From Planctomycetota bacterium (GTDB lineage: Bacteria; Planctomycetota; UBA8108; SXIK01): a stretch of 64,000 nt of DNA. Location: NCBI GenBank assembly GCA_965223845.1, contig CBDCXR010000004.1, forward strand, positions 3,360,001-3,424,000. The letters are read 5' to 3'. Positions 28,029-39,206 of the stretch are shown here, piece by piece (position 1 is the stretch's first letter; each line of letters begins with the position of its first letter). The position numbers and the translations under genes are program-made. The notes under the pieces are model-generated. The model searched no databases and was not told where the DNA came from. It worked only from the letters and a program-made list of their open reading frames with translations.

Positions 28029-28976
28029 ATGATTTCGACTCGTCGCCTGCTTCCGCTTGCCGCACTCTTCGTCCCGACGCTCGTGATCGCGCAGACCCCT
28101 CAAACCGCGCCTCCGCAGCAGACTGCGCCCCGCGATCGGCCGTTTCTCGGCCTCCAGACGATCGCCGCCGAGAACGCCGACCGCGGTATCGACGTCCAGT
28201 ACGTGTTTCCCGGATCGGCGGCCGAGTCGATGGGATTTCGCATCGGCGACCGCGTCCTCGCGCTGAACGACGTCGTCCTGCGCACCCGGGAAGGGTTCAT
28301 CAACGAGCTCAGAGGGGAGAACGTCGGCGCGACGCTTCGCTTCATCATCCAGCGCGACGGAAAGAAGCAGGCGCTCCGGGGAAAGATCGGAAGCTACACG
28401 AAGACCATGCGAGCCTACGAGAAGGTCCTCCAATCGAAGCAACTCGGAAAGCCGCTTCCGAAGTATCCCCCGATCGAATGGTGGGACGCGGAGTCGATGA
28501 GCTTCAAGAAGAACCCGCAGGGGCTCGAGACGACGGGAAAGCCGGCGGTGATTTTCTCTTTCGATGGCTGCCCCAATTGCCGGCAGCGCCGCATCGGGAA
28601 GCTCTCCGCGATGGCGCAGACTCTCGAGGGATTCGGATCGCCCGCCGAGTTTCGCGGGATCTACTTTGTCCCGGAGCCCGATCTCGACAAGGCTCGCGCC
28701 GCCGCAAAGAAACTCTACAGCGGTCTGAAGACGACCATTCCGATGGGAATCGCGCTCTACACGAAGGAATCGCAGGACGTCTCGAAGCGCGACGACCACG
28801 CCGTCCTTCACCAACACGGCGTAGCGATCCTCGACGAAAAGGGAACGGTGCAGTATCTCCAGGTGCACGGACTTCCCGAGCAAGTTTTCTGGGGTGCCTT
28901 CCAGCGCATCTTGAAGCTCGAGACGCCGAAAGCGCCCGAAAAGTCGACGGCCCCGGACGCGCCGCCTGGATCGTGA
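28029..28976 (+). CDS. Secreted PDZ + thioredoxin-like (CPNC) domain protein
   Basis: Signal peptide; PFLGL...PGSAA..GFRIGDRVLALN PDZ motif; CxxC; TATAAT at 27964 upstream. Confidence 0.8.
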   Translation: MISTRRLLPLAALFVPTLVIAQTPQTAPPQQTAPRDRPFLGLQTIAAENADRGIDVQYVFPGSAAESMGFRIGDRVLALNDVVLRTREGFINELRGENVGATLRFIIQRDGKKQALRGKIGSYTKTMRAYEKVLQSKQLGKPLPKYPPIEWWDAESMSFKKNPQGLETTGKPAVIFSFDGCPNCRQRRIGKLSAMAQTLEGFGSPAEFRGIYFVPEPDLDKARAAAKKLYSGLKTTIPMGIALYTKESQDVSKRDDHAVLHQHGVAILDEKGTVQYLQVHGLPEQVFWGAFQRILKLETPKAPEKSTAPDAPPGS

Positions 28977-29013
28977 GTGGGCGCGTGACCCTGATCTCCC
29001 CGCCGATTCACCG

Positions 29014-29547
29014 ATGACGGATTCCGCCGACGAAACTCGACCGCGCCGCCGATCGCGCGTTCCGCTGGCGCTCGCGGCGATCGTCGCGGTGGGGTTCGTC
29101 GTTGCGTTCCTGCTTCTTCGCGACGCGACTCCCCTGCTGTCGAGCGCAGATCTCGAGTCGGCCCGGACGCGCTGGGAAGCTCTCGCCATCGACAGCTACA
29201 CCATTCGCCTCCACAAGGAGGCCGGAGGGGCGATCGACGAAACGATCACGACCGTCGTCGATGCCGGTCGGCCGACGTCGATGTCCATCGACGGTCGGGA
29301 TGTGAATCCGCCCCGCGATTCGTACACGCTCCCGAGCCTCTTCGAGATCATGGAGCGAGAGCTCGTGATCGCCGAGGGTCGCGAGTCGCTACCCGGTCAA
29401 CCGCAGAACCCGGTTCTCAAAGCGGCCTTCGACGGGAAGACGGGCGTGCCGCTCGTCTTCAAGCGCATCGCGTCCAAGCGCAGCGTGTTCATGACGGTGC
29501 TCAGCGTCGACGTTCCCGGTCGCGGCGATCTGGTCGCGAGCGATTGA
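29014..29547 (+). CDS. Hypothetical membrane-anchored protein (DUF6174-like)
   Basis: N-terminal TM helix; ARTRW...SY; FD..TGVP pattern. Confidence 0.65.
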   Translation: MTDSADETRPRRRSRVPLALAAIVAVGFVVAFLLLRDATPLLSSADLESARTRWEALAIDSYTIRLHKEAGGAIDETITTVVDAGRPTSMSIDGRDVNPPRDSYTLPSLFEIMERELVIAEGRESLPGQPQNPVLKAAFDGKTGVPLVFKRIASKRSVFMTVLSVDVPGRGDLVASD

Positions 29548-29604
29548 ATTCGGGCTCGCCCGCGGCGGAATTCGGAAGCGAACTTCGAAAAGAGGGAGAG
29601 ATCC

Positions 29605-31149
29605 ATGGCCAAACGCCGCTCGAAGCGTCCCGGAGGATCCCTGATCCTCGCGATCGATCAGGGCACGACGGGAACGAAGGCGCTCCTCATCGACGCGAAG
29701 CTCCGCGTCGTCGCCGAGCACAGCGAGGAATTCCCCCAGCACTTCCCCAAGCCGGGTTGGGTCGAGCACGAACCCGACGAGATCTTCACGAGCGTGAGCG
29801 GCGCGGTGAAGGGGGCACTCCGACGCGCAAAGCGACCCGCGAGTGCGATCGCCGCGATCGGCATCACGAATCAACGCGAGACGACGGTTCTCTGGGACAA
29901 GAAAACGGGGCGGCCGCTTCACCGAGCCATCGTCTGGCAGGATCGACGGACCGCGGACCGCTGTCGCGCTTTGAAGGAGCGTGGCCTCGAGCGGACGATC
30001 CGGCGAAAAACGGGCCTCGTCCTCGACCCATACTTCTCCGGGACCAAAGCGGCTTGGATACTCGACAAGATCCGCGGCGCGCGCCGGCGAGCCGAGCGCG
30101 GCGAGATTCTGTTCGGAACGATCGACACTTATCTTCTGTGGCGTCTCACGGGCGGAGAAGCGCACGCGACGGACATCTCCAACGCGTCGCGAACTCTGCT
30201 CATGGATCTCAAGATCGGCGCGTGGAGTCCGCAGCTCTGTGCGGCGCTCGACGTCCCGGTGGAGATTCTCCCCGAAATTCGGCCGAACGACGCGACATTC
30301 GGACACACGCGCGGAGTCCGGTTCCTTCCCGACGGGATCCCGGTTACGAGCCTGATCGGCGATCAGCAATCGGCCCTCTTCGGCCAGGTTTGTTTTCGCC
30401 CGGGTGAGGCGAAGTGCACTTACGGGACGGGCGCCTTCCTCGTCGTGAATACGGGTGAGGAGATCGTCCGCTCGCGTCACGGCGTTTTGACGACCGCGGG
30501 GTGGCAACTCGGATCGAAGCGCACGTACGCGCTCGAAGGCTCGTCGTTCATCGCGGGTGCGGTCGTCCAGTGGCTCCGCGACGGGCTCGGCCTCATCGAC
30601 TCGGCCGCGGAGATCGAGTCGCTCGCAGCCTCGGTGGAGAGCTCGGACGGCGTGGTCCTCGTTCCGGCGCTCGCCGGTCTCGGCGCTCCGCACTGGGACG
30701 CGGACGCGCGCGGCCTCATCTGCGGCCTGACTCGCGGTACGACGCGCGCGCATCTCGCCCGCGCCGCGCTCGAGGGCATGGCGCTTCAGATCGGTGATCT
30801 CGTCCGGGCGATGGAAGCCGATCTCGGGCGGCGGTTCCGCTCGCTCAAGGTCGACGGCGGCGCGAGCCTGAACGATCTCCTGATGCAGTTCCAAGCGGAC
30901 ATGCTCGGCGTCAAGGTCGTCCGGCCGAAGATCACGTCGACGACGGCGCTCGGCGCTGCGCTCCTCGCGGGACTCGGAGTCGGGATGTTCTCTTCGCCGA
31001 GTGCGATTCGATCGATCTGGGCGGAAGAGCGGTCCTTTCGCCGAGCGATGGCACCGGCAGCAGTGCGCCGCCACACCGCGCAGTGGGAGGACGCGATCGC
31101 GCGGACTCGCTCGACCGAGAGGAAGGCCGGCAATCGCGCGGGAAAGTGA
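29605..31149 (+). CDS. glpK: Glycerol kinase
   Basis: IDQGTTG, ITNQRET, VWQDRRT, DPYFSGTK, GDQQSAL, KCTYGTG and DGGA motifs. Confidence 0.97.
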   Translation: MAKRRSKRPGGSLILAIDQGTTGTKALLIDAKLRVVAEHSEEFPQHFPKPGWVEHEPDEIFTSVSGAVKGALRRAKRPASAIAAIGITNQRETTVLWDKKTGRPLHRAIVWQDRRTADRCRALKERGLERTIRRKTGLVLDPYFSGTKAAWILDKIRGARRRAERGEILFGTIDTYLLWRLTGGEAHATDISNASRTLLMDLKIGAWSPQLCAALDVPVEILPEIRPNDATFGHTRGVRFLPDGIPVTSLIGDQQSALFGQVCFRPGEAKCTYGTGAFLVVNTGEEIVRSRHGVLTTAGWQLGSKRTYALEGSSFIAGAVVQWLRDGLGLIDSAAEIESLAASVESSDGVVLVPALAGLGAPHWDADARGLICGLTRGTTRAHLARAALEGMALQIGDLVRAMEADLGRRFRSLKVDGGASLNDLLMQFQADMLGVKVVRPKITSTTALGAALLAGLGVGMFSSPSAIRSIWAEERSFRRAMAPAAVRRHTAQWEDAIARTRSTERKAGNRAGK

Positions 31150-31226
31150 GCGAGGCTTCGAATCGCGCTACGGAGCCTCGATCCAGCGAGACGAAGTCTA
31201 CGGTCCGTGGGCGAACGCGCGGTTCT

Positions 31227-31481
31227 TCAAACCGTTTGCGAGTGTGCCGACGCGCGCCGCATCTTGTAGATGCCCTCGAATGCGAGGCAGAGGCAGAGGC
31301 CGATCAGGAGCGCGCCCCAGAACTCACTTCGGATCGAGAGGTAGTCCGGATCGATCGCAAAGCTCGTCGCGGGCATTCTCAGCGCCTCGAAGTTGTCGTA
31401 GACGTAGTTCCAGTAGAAGAGGTGATACAGTCCGGCAACGAGTGCGACCGCAGCAAAGATGAGGTAGACGACACCAAGCAT
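31227..31481 (-). CDS. Small two-TM membrane protein
   Basis: Two hydrophobic helices; GAGGA RBS upstream. Confidence 0.55.
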   Translation of the reverse strand: MLGVVYLIFAAVALVAGLYHLFYWNYVYDNFEALRMPATSFAIDPDYLSIRSEFWGALLIGLCLCLAFEGIYKMRRASAHSQTV

Positions 31482-31997
31482 GGGGTGAGAGTCCTCGTGG
31501 TGCGAAAAGCGGATTCGGCGCGGTGGGATTCAGCCGCCGCTGAACAGACGTTCGGTCTTAGGGAAATCGTCGGCAAGCGGGGGCGGCGCGAGCGGGATTC
31601 TACCACACGAGTCGGGCGCGAAGGAATCGTCGCGGTCGACCCTGCGGGTGAGCCGGACGATGCCTGGGGAAAGTTGGGACCGACTTTTTTCCGGTAACCG
31701 TGCGGACCGACCGCCCAGTTTTTCCCCACCCGGTAAAGACCGGATCTCCGGACGAGGGGAGCGCGAACCCGACGCGGCGGCGAAGCGTCTCGACGCCCAG
31801 CCACGATGCGCGGGGGTTCGCGGCGGCTCGATCGTTGCCCCGCAACGACTTGGAGCCTCGTTGGTTCAGTCGCAGCCGCATCTCGTGCGGCCGCGAGGAC
31901 ACCTCTCCGGACGGTATCGGCACGCGCCTTGCCCGCGCCCCGGGTAGGGGAAGGACTCGAACGAGGAGTCTTCGCGAGGTCGAGGAGGAGAGAAGAG

Positions 31998-33326
31998 ATG
32001 GAAAGAGTGGGAGCGAACGCGCGAACCGGCCGGGCTTCGGGGCTCGCTTTCGGAATCGGACTCGCCTCTCTGATCGGACTCGTCGCGACTCCCGGTGCCG
32101 CGCAAACGATCGAGACTCTTCCCTCGACGTACGACGTCGAAGCGCTCGACGAGCACGCACTCGAGCGAGCGGCGCGGACGCGCGGAGACTCGATCGCACT
32201 TCTCGTCGGGGGCCGGATGCGCGACGTCGAGCTCGAGCCGGTCGACCTCCGCTCGTATCGATTCACGGCGACCGAGAGCGACTCGCGCGGGCCGCGGCCG
32301 GTGTTCCCAGCGCCGCCGAAGACTTACCGAGGCCGCGTCTCGGGCGATGCGGAGAGTGTCGTGCGGCTGAGCGTCACTCCGGGCGGAGTGCGCGGGTTCA
32401 TCCGCTGCGAGGAGGGCTGGACCTTCGTACGCCCGGCGCCGACGAACGGCGCGTTCACTCGCGGTGAGCATCTCTTCTTTTCGGACGCGGACCTCGACCC
32501 GAGTGAGATCGGCGCATGCGCGGCGGTCGGACCGGCGACTGCGCAAGCGATCGCGGAGGAAGCGGAGCTTGCCGAAGCGACGGGTCTCCGCGTCGTCGAG
32601 CTCGCGATCGACGCCGACGTCGAGTACAGCTCGAAGTACGGCTCGACGACGGTGAGTGAGATCGAAGCGATCATGAACGAGGTCGACGGTATCTTCCAAG
32701 ACGACCTCGGGCTCACCATCGAGCTCGTCCACATCAATACCTGGACCGCCGAGGAAGATCCCTACACGCACACGAACGCGAACGACCTCCTCAGTCAGCT
32801 CGCGAGCTACTGGAACAGCAACTTCTCGTCCGTCGATCGGGATCTCGTCCACCTCTTCACAAACAAGGACCTCGACAACTCGACCGTCGGGATCGCGTTC
32901 GTCGGGGTCGTCTGCAGCACGGGGTCGGGATACGGCCTGTCGCAGGATCTATCGGCGCGCTCGCTCATGCCGATCCTCGTCGCGCACGAACTCGGACACA
33001 ACTTCAACGCGTCTCACGACCCGAGCGGGAGTGACCCGCGTTACGTCATGTATCAAAGCGTGAGCTCGCTCAACCTCGATCAGTACAGCGACGCGAGCAA
33101 GACGGCGATCGCGAACTTCGTCGCGAGCCGGAGCTGCCTCGAGCTCCTCGACGACGGCGGCGGCGATCCCGACCCGCCGGGCGGCGGCGGAGGCGAGACC
33201 GGCGGGGGCGGATCGAGCGGCGGAGGTGGCGGGGGCGGCGGTCCCGTCGATCCACTCGTGCTCGCGGCGATCGCGGCGGCCTACGGACTCCGCCGCCGGC
33301 AGCGGGACCACCGCTCCGCGTCGTGA
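31998..33326 (+). CDS. Secreted M12/reprolysin-type zinc metallopeptidase with GlyGly-CTERM sorting signal
   Basis: GAGGAG RBS; signal peptide; propeptide; HELGHNFNASHD and YVM Met-turn; C-terminal GGGGGGG-PVDPLVLAAIAAAYGL-RRRQR. Confidence 0.9.
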   Translation: MERVGANARTGRASGLAFGIGLASLIGLVATPGAAQTIETLPSTYDVEALDEHALERAARTRGDSIALLVGGRMRDVELEPVDLRSYRFTATESDSRGPRPVFPAPPKTYRGRVSGDAESVVRLSVTPGGVRGFIRCEEGWTFVRPAPTNGAFTRGEHLFFSDADLDPSEIGACAAVGPATAQAIAEEAELAEATGLRVVELAIDADVEYSSKYGSTTVSEIEAIMNEVDGIFQDDLGLTIELVHINTWTAEEDPYTHTNANDLLSQLASYWNSNFSSVDRDLVHLFTNKDLDNSTVGIAFVGVVCSTGSGYGLSQDLSARSLMPILVAHELGHNFNASHDPSGSDPRYVMYQSVSSLNLDQYSDASKTAIANFVASRSCLELLDDGGGDPDPPGGGGGETGGGGSSGGGGGGGGPVDPLVLAAIAAAYGLRRRQRDHRSAS

Positions 33327-33964
33327 TGAATCCCGCCGCCGACTTTCGGCGATCGCCCGTCACGATCGTCGCCGGCGCCGCGGCGATTCTCGCGACTGCC
33401 GCTCCCGCTTTCGGCGCACTCCTCGAGGACGTCCGGCCGCTTCCGCACGGTGAGATTTGGCGGCCGTTCACCGGGCACATCGCGCACGCGAGTGTCCTCC
33501 ACCTCGCGCTCAACCTCGCGCTCTTTCTCCCGCTCGCGTGGCTGCGAGAGCGCGCCGTAGGCTCACGGCGCTTTGCGTGTGAGCTCGTGCTCGTCGCGGT
33601 CGTCACGTCGGCGGGAGTTCGGTTCCTCCACGATGATTGGACGACCTATCGTGGGCTATCGGGTGTCGTGTACGGGCTCATCGCGCTTCAACTGCTTCCT
33701 TCCGAACGATCCCGCTTCGCTGACTTCGGCGTACTCATCGTCGCTGCACTCGCGCTGAAGTCGGCATGGGAGCTCGCGATCGGCGGCTGGATCGTGGGCG
33801 CGGATTCGCTGTCGAGCGATCTCGGAGTGCGCTTTCTCCCCGGTAGTCACTGCGCGGGGCTCGCGGCCGGCAGTCTTCTCTGGTGGCTCGCGCGCTGGTC
33901 GACGGCGTGCGTGAACGAAGCTCGATCCGGCGAGGGCATCGCCGGTCTCCGCTCGGAGAGTTGA
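33326..33964 (+). CDS. rrtA: Rhombosortase (rhomboid-family intramembrane serine protease)
   Basis: GEIWR.FTGH..H...HL.LN, YRGLSG catalytic Ser, K...E and catalytic His in SHCAG; TGATG overlap with the substrate gene. Confidence 0.85.
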   Translation: MNPAADFRRSPVTIVAGAAAILATAAPAFGALLEDVRPLPHGEIWRPFTGHIAHASVLHLALNLALFLPLAWLRERAVGSRRFACELVLVAVVTSAGVRFLHDDWTTYRGLSGVVYGLIALQLLPSERSRFADFGVLIVAALALKSAWELAIGGWIVGADSLSSDLGVRFLPGSHCAGLAAGSLLWWLARWSTACVNEARSGEGIAGLRSES

Positions 33965-34014
33965 GCTCGGGAGACCTAGCTCAGCTTCGCGCCTCGCCCG
34001 TTATCGTTCCTCGA

Positions 34015-34659
34015 TCACGGCTTCGATTCGGACTCGACGAGCGCCCGCACCACGCCTTGTGGATCCCGCGCGTCGACGACCGCTCCGATCACTGCGACAC
34101 CCGCCGCGCCCGCATTTCGCGCCGAGCTCGCGTTCTCCGCCGTCACTCCGCCGAGCGCGTACACGGGAAGCGCCGAGAGTCGGCACGCCGATCGCAATCC
34201 TTCGAGCCCGACCGGCGGGAGAGGGTGCACCTTCGAAGTCGCGCCGAAGATCGGAGAGTAGGTCACGTAGTCCGCGCCGGCTGCCGCAGCGCGCGCGAGC
34301 TCGTCCTCGCGGTGGGCCGAGTAGCCGATGATCGCTCTCGCTCCGAGCGCGTCGCGCGCCGTCGCAACCGCGCTCGGATTCCCCCCACCGACGTGGACGC
34401 CGTCGAGGGCGTACTCCTCGCAGAGGCCGACGCTCCGGTTGACGACGACGATCGCGTTCTCAGGCCGCGGGGCCGTGAGAATCGCCTCGATGAGTTCGCG
34501 ATCCTCGCCTTCCCGAACTTGAAGAAACCGCAGCCCGCCCGCCCACGCGCCAGCGAGGACGCGGAGGAATCGATCGAGCCCGACGCGGCGCGCGTCGGAG
34601 ATCAGGAGCACCGAAGGAAAGCGCGGACGGCGTCTCGTCGAGCGACCGTCGTCTGCCAT
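34015..34659 (-). CDS. thiE: Thiamine-phosphate synthase (ThiE/TenI family)
   Basis: LQVRE, DGVHV, GYSAH, GADY..YSPIF..TSK and ALGG motifs. Confidence 0.82.
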   Translation of the reverse strand: MADDGRSTRRRPRFPSVLLISDARRVGLDRFLRVLAGAWAGGLRFLQVREGEDRELIEAILTAPRPENAIVVVNRSVGLCEEYALDGVHVGGGNPSAVATARDALGARAIIGYSAHREDELARAAAAGADYVTYSPIFGATSKVHPLPPVGLEGLRSACRLSALPVYALGGVTAENASSARNAGAAGVAVIGAVVDARDPQGVVRALVESESKP

Positions 34660-34671
34660 CGCTTCGCCCGC

Positions 34672-35757
34672 TCAGGCCTCACCGCATTGCGCGCGATGGC
34701 GCAGCCAGTGATCGACGAGGACGAGCGCCGCCATCGCTTCGACCATCGGCACGGCGCGCGGAAGGACGCAGGGATCGTGGCGCCCCTTCGCGGCGAGCTT
34801 CGTCGCTTCGCCGTCCACGGTGACGGTGTCCTGCTCCTTGTTGATCGTCGCCGTTGGCTTGAAGCCGACCCGCGCGACGATCGTCTCGCCGTTCGAGATG
34901 CCACCCTGCACCCCGCCCGAGTGATTCGTGCGCGTGCGAATTCCGTCCGCCGTGGTCACGAATGCATCGTTGTGCTCGCTTCCCCTGAGAAACGTCCCCG
35001 CGAATCCAGAGCCGATCTCGAAGGCCTTTGTCGCCGGCAAGGAGAGCATCGCCTTCGCGAGGTCCGCCTCGAGTCGATCGAAGACCGGCGACCCGAGACC
35101 CACGGGAACGCCGCGGACGACGAGCTCGACGACTCCGCCGACGGAATCGCCGCCCTTGCGGATCTGCTCGATGCGCTCGATCATCCGCGCCGCCGCTTCG
35201 GTGTCTGGACAGCGAACGGCGTTCGCCTCGATTGCGTCGCGATCGACCGACTCGCTGTCGACGTCCGCTTCGATGTCCTGCACCCGCCGGACGTAGGCGA
35301 GGATCTCGGTCGAGTGTGCGTCCGCGAGAATCCGCCGCGCGATCGCACCGGCGGCGACGCGCCCGATCGTCTCCCGCGCACTCGCTCGGCCCCCACCGGC
35401 GCGCGAGCGGATGCCGTACTTCTTGTCGTAGGTGTAGTCCGCGTGCGACGGGCGGTAAACGTTCTTCAGGTGGTCGTACGCGTCCGAGCGGTGATCGACG
35501 TTGCGAACGAGAAACGCGATCGGCGCTCCGGTCGACTGGCCCTCCTCCACGCCCGAGAGCAGCTCGAGGGTGTCGTCTTCTTTTCGCTGCGTGGTGATCG
35601 CGCTCTGTCCCGGCCGCCGCCGCGCGAGCTCGGCTTGAATGTCTTCGATCACGACGGGGACGCGCGGCGGGCAGCCGTCGATCACGACTCCGATGCCCGG
35701 ACCGTGCGACTCGCCCCACGTCGAAATCTTGAAGATCCGTCCGAAGACGCTTCCCAT
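34672..35757 (-). CDS. aroC: Chorismate synthase
   Basis: [38 protein letters not shown] and GRHDPC motifs. Confidence 0.97.
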   Translation of the reverse strand: MGSVFGRIFKISTWGESHGPGIGVVIDGCPPRVPVVIEDIQAELARRRPGQSAITTQRKEDDTLELLSGVEEGQSTGAPIAFLVRNVDHRSDAYDHLKNVYRPSHADYTYDKKYGIRSRAGGGRASARETIGRVAAGAIARRILADAHSTEILAYVRRVQDIEADVDSESVDRDAIEANAVRCPDTEAAARMIERIEQIRKGGDSVGGVVELVVRGVPVGLGSPVFDRLEADLAKAMLSLPATKAFEIGSGFAGTFLRGSEHNDAFVTTADGIRTRTNHSGGVQGGISNGETIVARVGFKPTATINKEQDTVTVDGEATKLAAKGRHDPCVLPRAVPMVEAMAALVLVDHWLRHRAQCGEA

Positions 35758-35960
35758 CTCGCGCTCCACTTCTCGCCGTCCACTCGTCTTCGGCGCCGCA
35801 GCGCGGCGACTCGATCGGGCGATTGTAGCGTTCGCGCCGAGATGCGTCGAGGCGGGAGAAGCCCGGAAAACGAAGGCGCACGCGCGAACACCAACCAGTA
35901 CCATCGGTCGCGGACGGTCGCTCGAGGCGAGGGACGAGACGCGCGGAGGACGTCGGGAGA

Positions 35961-38900
35961 ATGGCCGAAGGGATGCGCAGCGGAACGAAGCGCCGGTCGA
36001 GTGTTTTGCGATACGCGGCTCTCGCACTAGCGATCACCGGGGCGGTGGGATCCGACCCCGTCGGCGCGCGCGAGGGAGACCTGATCGCGCGCCGTCCGTT
36101 CGCGCGCCTCTCCCCTCAGGACATCGCGCACGACGAAACGGACGGCACGTTCTGGATCACGGTGTTCCTCGACAACGAGATCTACCACTACTCGCCCGAT
36201 CTCACCGAGCCCTTGGGCTCGATCGACTCACCGTTCCAGCCCGTCGGATTCGCGACCGGACTCGCCTACAACAGCCGCGACGACACGCTGCTCGTCGCCG
36301 ACGCGCTCGCCGAAACCGTCATCGAGATCGACAAGACGGGTACGCCGACGGGGCGCGAGATCACGCCCGAATTCCTCGACGGCCCGTCGGATCGGTTCCT
36401 GCGCGGAATGAGTTTCGATCCGAATGGAGACGGCGGGCGCGGGTCGTTCTACGTCGTCGAGATGTTGGGCACGGTGATCTACGAGTTCTCGCTCACCGGC
36501 GAGCGGCTTCAGCACTTCGTCCACCCCGACGATCCCGACGGGTTCCCCGGCGATGGCGGCTCGACCGTCTCGAGCGATGTCGAAATCGTGCGCGACGGCG
36601 CGGGTGACATCTCCGGCTACTACGTGACGGGCGGGAGCGGCGGGAACTTCCTTCGCCGACTCAACCCGTCGGGTGAGTACGAGGGAACCGTTCTCTCGCT
36701 CGCCGATTCCGGAGGCAACGTGAGCGGCGTTCTGCGGCGGCCGCACACCGTGCAGGCCGGGGAGGAGCCCCGCGATGTCTTTCTCGCGGTCGTCGACTCG
36801 AACGCGGACATCGCGATCCTCGAGGGCGGCGATCCGCCCCACCACGAGATTCTCGACTTTGCGTGCCAAACCGTCGATCGCGAGATCGCTCTCGCGTGGC
36901 GGAGCTTCACGACGTACGACCGGATCGAGGTACGGCAGAGCTGCGACGTGCTCGCGACGCTTCCCGGCGACGCCCGCGAGTGGCGCACTCCCGTCGAGAT
37001 CGACGGCGTGTACTCGCTCCATCTCGTCGCGTTCGCCGGCGACGACGAGTTCGTCGCGCCGACGTGCACCGCCGTCGTCGGAGTCGGCGAGGTGACGTCG
37101 TGGGCGACCGTCGAAGGCGAGCTGCTCGTCGATGCGACACGTTTCGGCGAGAACTTTCTCGTGACCGACGCGCGCGCGAAAGCTCTCCTCCTCTTCGGGA
37201 GTGACTTCTCCCTTCTCGGCAACGTCCCGTTCAGCGAAGAATTCGTCGGCGAGGACGAACTCGTGACGGGCGTCGCGTGGGCGCCACCGGATCGAATCTA
37301 CGTCGCGAACGCATCCGCCTCGACGATCGCCGAGCTCGATGACGTGGGGATCGCGCTCCGCGTCTTCGATCTCGCGCTCCCCGATCTCGCGGAGGAGCCG
37401 GAGGAAGGCGAAGAGCCCGAACCCGATCTCGGATTTGTACTCGGGATGACGTTCGACGCCACGGGAAACGGCGGCGAGGGGAGCCTGTGGGTCGTCGAGA
37501 TCGTCGAGGACGTGGTCTTCGAAGTCGACCTCGACGGTCGAGTGATTCGGTCGTTCCGCCATCCGTACCTCGAGATCGAGCCCGCGCCGACCGGACTCCC
37601 GGACGGAATCTCGAGCGGCGGGATTTCGGAGGTACTCGAGCGCCCGGGTGAGCTTTGGCTGAGCGGCGGTACGTTCGAGCGGCGATCGCAAGTCCACGTC
37701 TTTCGCGTCGAGAAGAATTCCGGGCGAGTCGTTCCCGGATCCGAGATTCGCACCGCCGGCGTGTCGGCGCTCTTCGGTACGTCGTCGCTCGGCTTCGTGG
37801 CGTTCCGAGAGAACGAACGGGACGAGATGCTCCTCGTCCCGCGCCCCGGTCGTCGTCCCCGACTCGCGCGGTGGACGACCACCTCGCCTCGGGCGGCCGT
37901 CCCGACGTTCGTGCGCGCGGAGCAGACGAGCTACACGAACGACGTCCGCATTTCGTACCGGCCGCCGCCGGATGTCGATCGCGTCGAGCTCTTCCGCGAC
38001 TGCCAGAAAATTGCCGATGTCGACGCCGACAGCGCCTTCGCGATCGACGCCGACGCTCCTGCAGGCCTCCACGAGTACGCGGTCCGCGGTGTTCGCGATG
38101 GCGTCCCGGGCGACTTCGAACGCACGTCGGTCCACGCCGGACCGGGCGCAGTTCTGCAGACGGGCGAGCTCTTCCCCCTCCTCAGCCCGCAGCAGGTTGC
38201 GGTCGATCCCGTCGACGACTCCGTCTACGTCGTCGTGAACGACCCCGGATCCGAACGCGATCTTCTTCACCTCGATCGCAACTTTCGCTCGCTCGGCGTT
38301 CGGCCGACGGTCGTCGCGGAGCCGTGGGAGATTGCGACGCTCGCCGTGCGCCCGGACGGCGCGGGCGACCGATCGTTCTTCTTCATCCTCTGGCAGCAAC
38401 CGGTTCCGTTCGACCTGATCGGCGAGGAGCCGTTCCTCCTCGTCGAGGAATCATCGAACGGCGAGCTCGTGCGGGAGCTCCCCTTTTTCCCGCCGCGCTC
38501 GGAGCACGGATTCGTCACCTATCCGACGGGGCTCACGTGGGATCCCGCGACCGACACGTTCGTCTACCTCGCTCGCACTTCCGATCTCTTCGTTCGCGCC
38601 ACTCTCGCGGGCGAGACCATCGAGACCTGGCCGCACCCGGCACCGCCGTTTCAAAACTTCGTCTACAACCTCGGGATCGCCGCCGCGCCCGAACGCGGCA
38701 CGTTCTTCATTTCCGGATCGGGTCGACACGATCGGCGGGTCACGAAGATCATGGAGATGCGACCCGGCGGGGAACTCACCGGCGAGGAAATCCCGCTGGA
38801 GAACGTCCGCTCCGTCGTGACCGGGATCGCCCTTCGCGGACCGGATCTCGTCGCCGTCGGCAGAGAGTCCGGGCGTGCGAAGGCGTTCCGCATCAAGGCG

Positions 38901-39176
38901 TTCAGCGAGCTGCCGCCGAGCTTCGTGCGCGGCGACGCCAACGACGACGGCGGCGTCAATTTGTCCGATGCGATCTACACGCTCGAGTATCTCTTTCAGG
39001 GAGGTCCGGTGCCCGCCTGCGAAGACGCCGCGGACGTCAACGACGACGCCGACCTCAACCTGAGCGACGCCGTCTACCTCATTCTCCATCTCTTCGTCAG
39101 CGGAGCTCCGCCCGCGGCTCCGTATCCGGACGCCGGCCTGGATCCGACGCCCGACGGCGTTCGCTGCGGGACGTGA
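35961..39176 (+). CDS. Large secreted beta-propeller/Ig-like repeat protein with C-terminal dockerin-like domain
   Basis: Signal peptide; repeated GM.FD..G.GG.GS..VVE blades; FN3-like linkers; [10 protein letters not shown]...[12 protein letters not shown]...DPTPDGVRC tail. Confidence 0.85.
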   Translation: MAEGMRSGTKRRSSVLRYAALALAITGAVGSDPVGAREGDLIARRPFARLSPQDIAHDETDGTFWITVFLDNEIYHYSPDLTEPLGSIDSPFQPVGFATGLAYNSRDDTLLVADALAETVIEIDKTGTPTGREITPEFLDGPSDRFLRGMSFDPNGDGGRGSFYVVEMLGTVIYEFSLTGERLQHFVHPDDPDGFPGDGGSTVSSDVEIVRDGAGDISGYYVTGGSGGNFLRRLNPSGEYEGTVLSLADSGGNVSGVLRRPHTVQAGEEPRDVFLAVVDSNADIAILEGGDPPHHEILDFACQTVDREIALAWRSFTTYDRIEVRQSCDVLATLPGDAREWRTPVEIDGVYSLHLVAFAGDDEFVAPTCTAVVGVGEVTSWATVEGELLVDATRFGENFLVTDARAKALLLFGSDFSLLGNVPFSEEFVGEDELVTGVAWAPPDRIYVANASASTIAELDDVGIALRVFDLALPDLAEEPEEGEEPEPDLGFVLGMTFDATGNGGEGSLWVVEIVEDVVFEVDLDGRVIRSFRHPYLEIEPAPTGLPDGISSGGISEVLERPGELWLSGGTFERRSQVHVFRVEKNSGRVVPGSEIRTAGVSALFGTSSLGFVAFRENERDEMLLVPRPGRRPRLARWTTTSPRAAVPTFVRAEQTSYTNDVRISYRPPPDVDRVELFRDCQKIADVDADSAFAIDADAPAGLHEYAVRGVRDGVPGDFERTSVHAGPGAVLQTGELFPLLSPQQVAVDPVDDSVYVVVNDPGSERDLLHLDRNFRSLGVRPTVVAEPWEIATLAVRPDGAGDRSFFFILWQQPVPFDLIGEEPFLLVEESSNGELVRELPFFPPRSEHGFVTYPTGLTWDPATDTFVYLARTSDLFVRATLAGETIETWPHPAPPFQNFVYNLGIAAAPERGTFFISGSGRHDRRVTKIMEMRPGGELTGEEIPLENVRSVVTGIALRGPDLVAVGRESGRAKAFRIKAFSELPPSFVRGDANDDGGVNLSDAIYTLEYLFQGGPVPACEDAADVNDDADLNLSDAVYLILHLFVSGAPPAAPYPDAGLDPTPDGVRCGT

Positions 39177-39206
39177 GATTCGTTTCGGAACCCGCGTCGG
39201 GCTCGG

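Noticed and set aside
31668-31692. Terminator-like hairpin with T-run
   Set aside because: Weak stem with a very small loop, and no upstream + strand gene adjacent.
33157-33242. GGC-rich simple repeat
   Set aside because: Explained as the poly-Gly linker of the GlyGly-CTERM signal.
33883-36037. Long overlapping ORFs (715 aa +, 452 aa -) and similar long Arg/Ala-rich ORFs across the track
   Set aside because: Shadow frames of real genes caused by stop-codon scarcity at high GC; no protein motifs.
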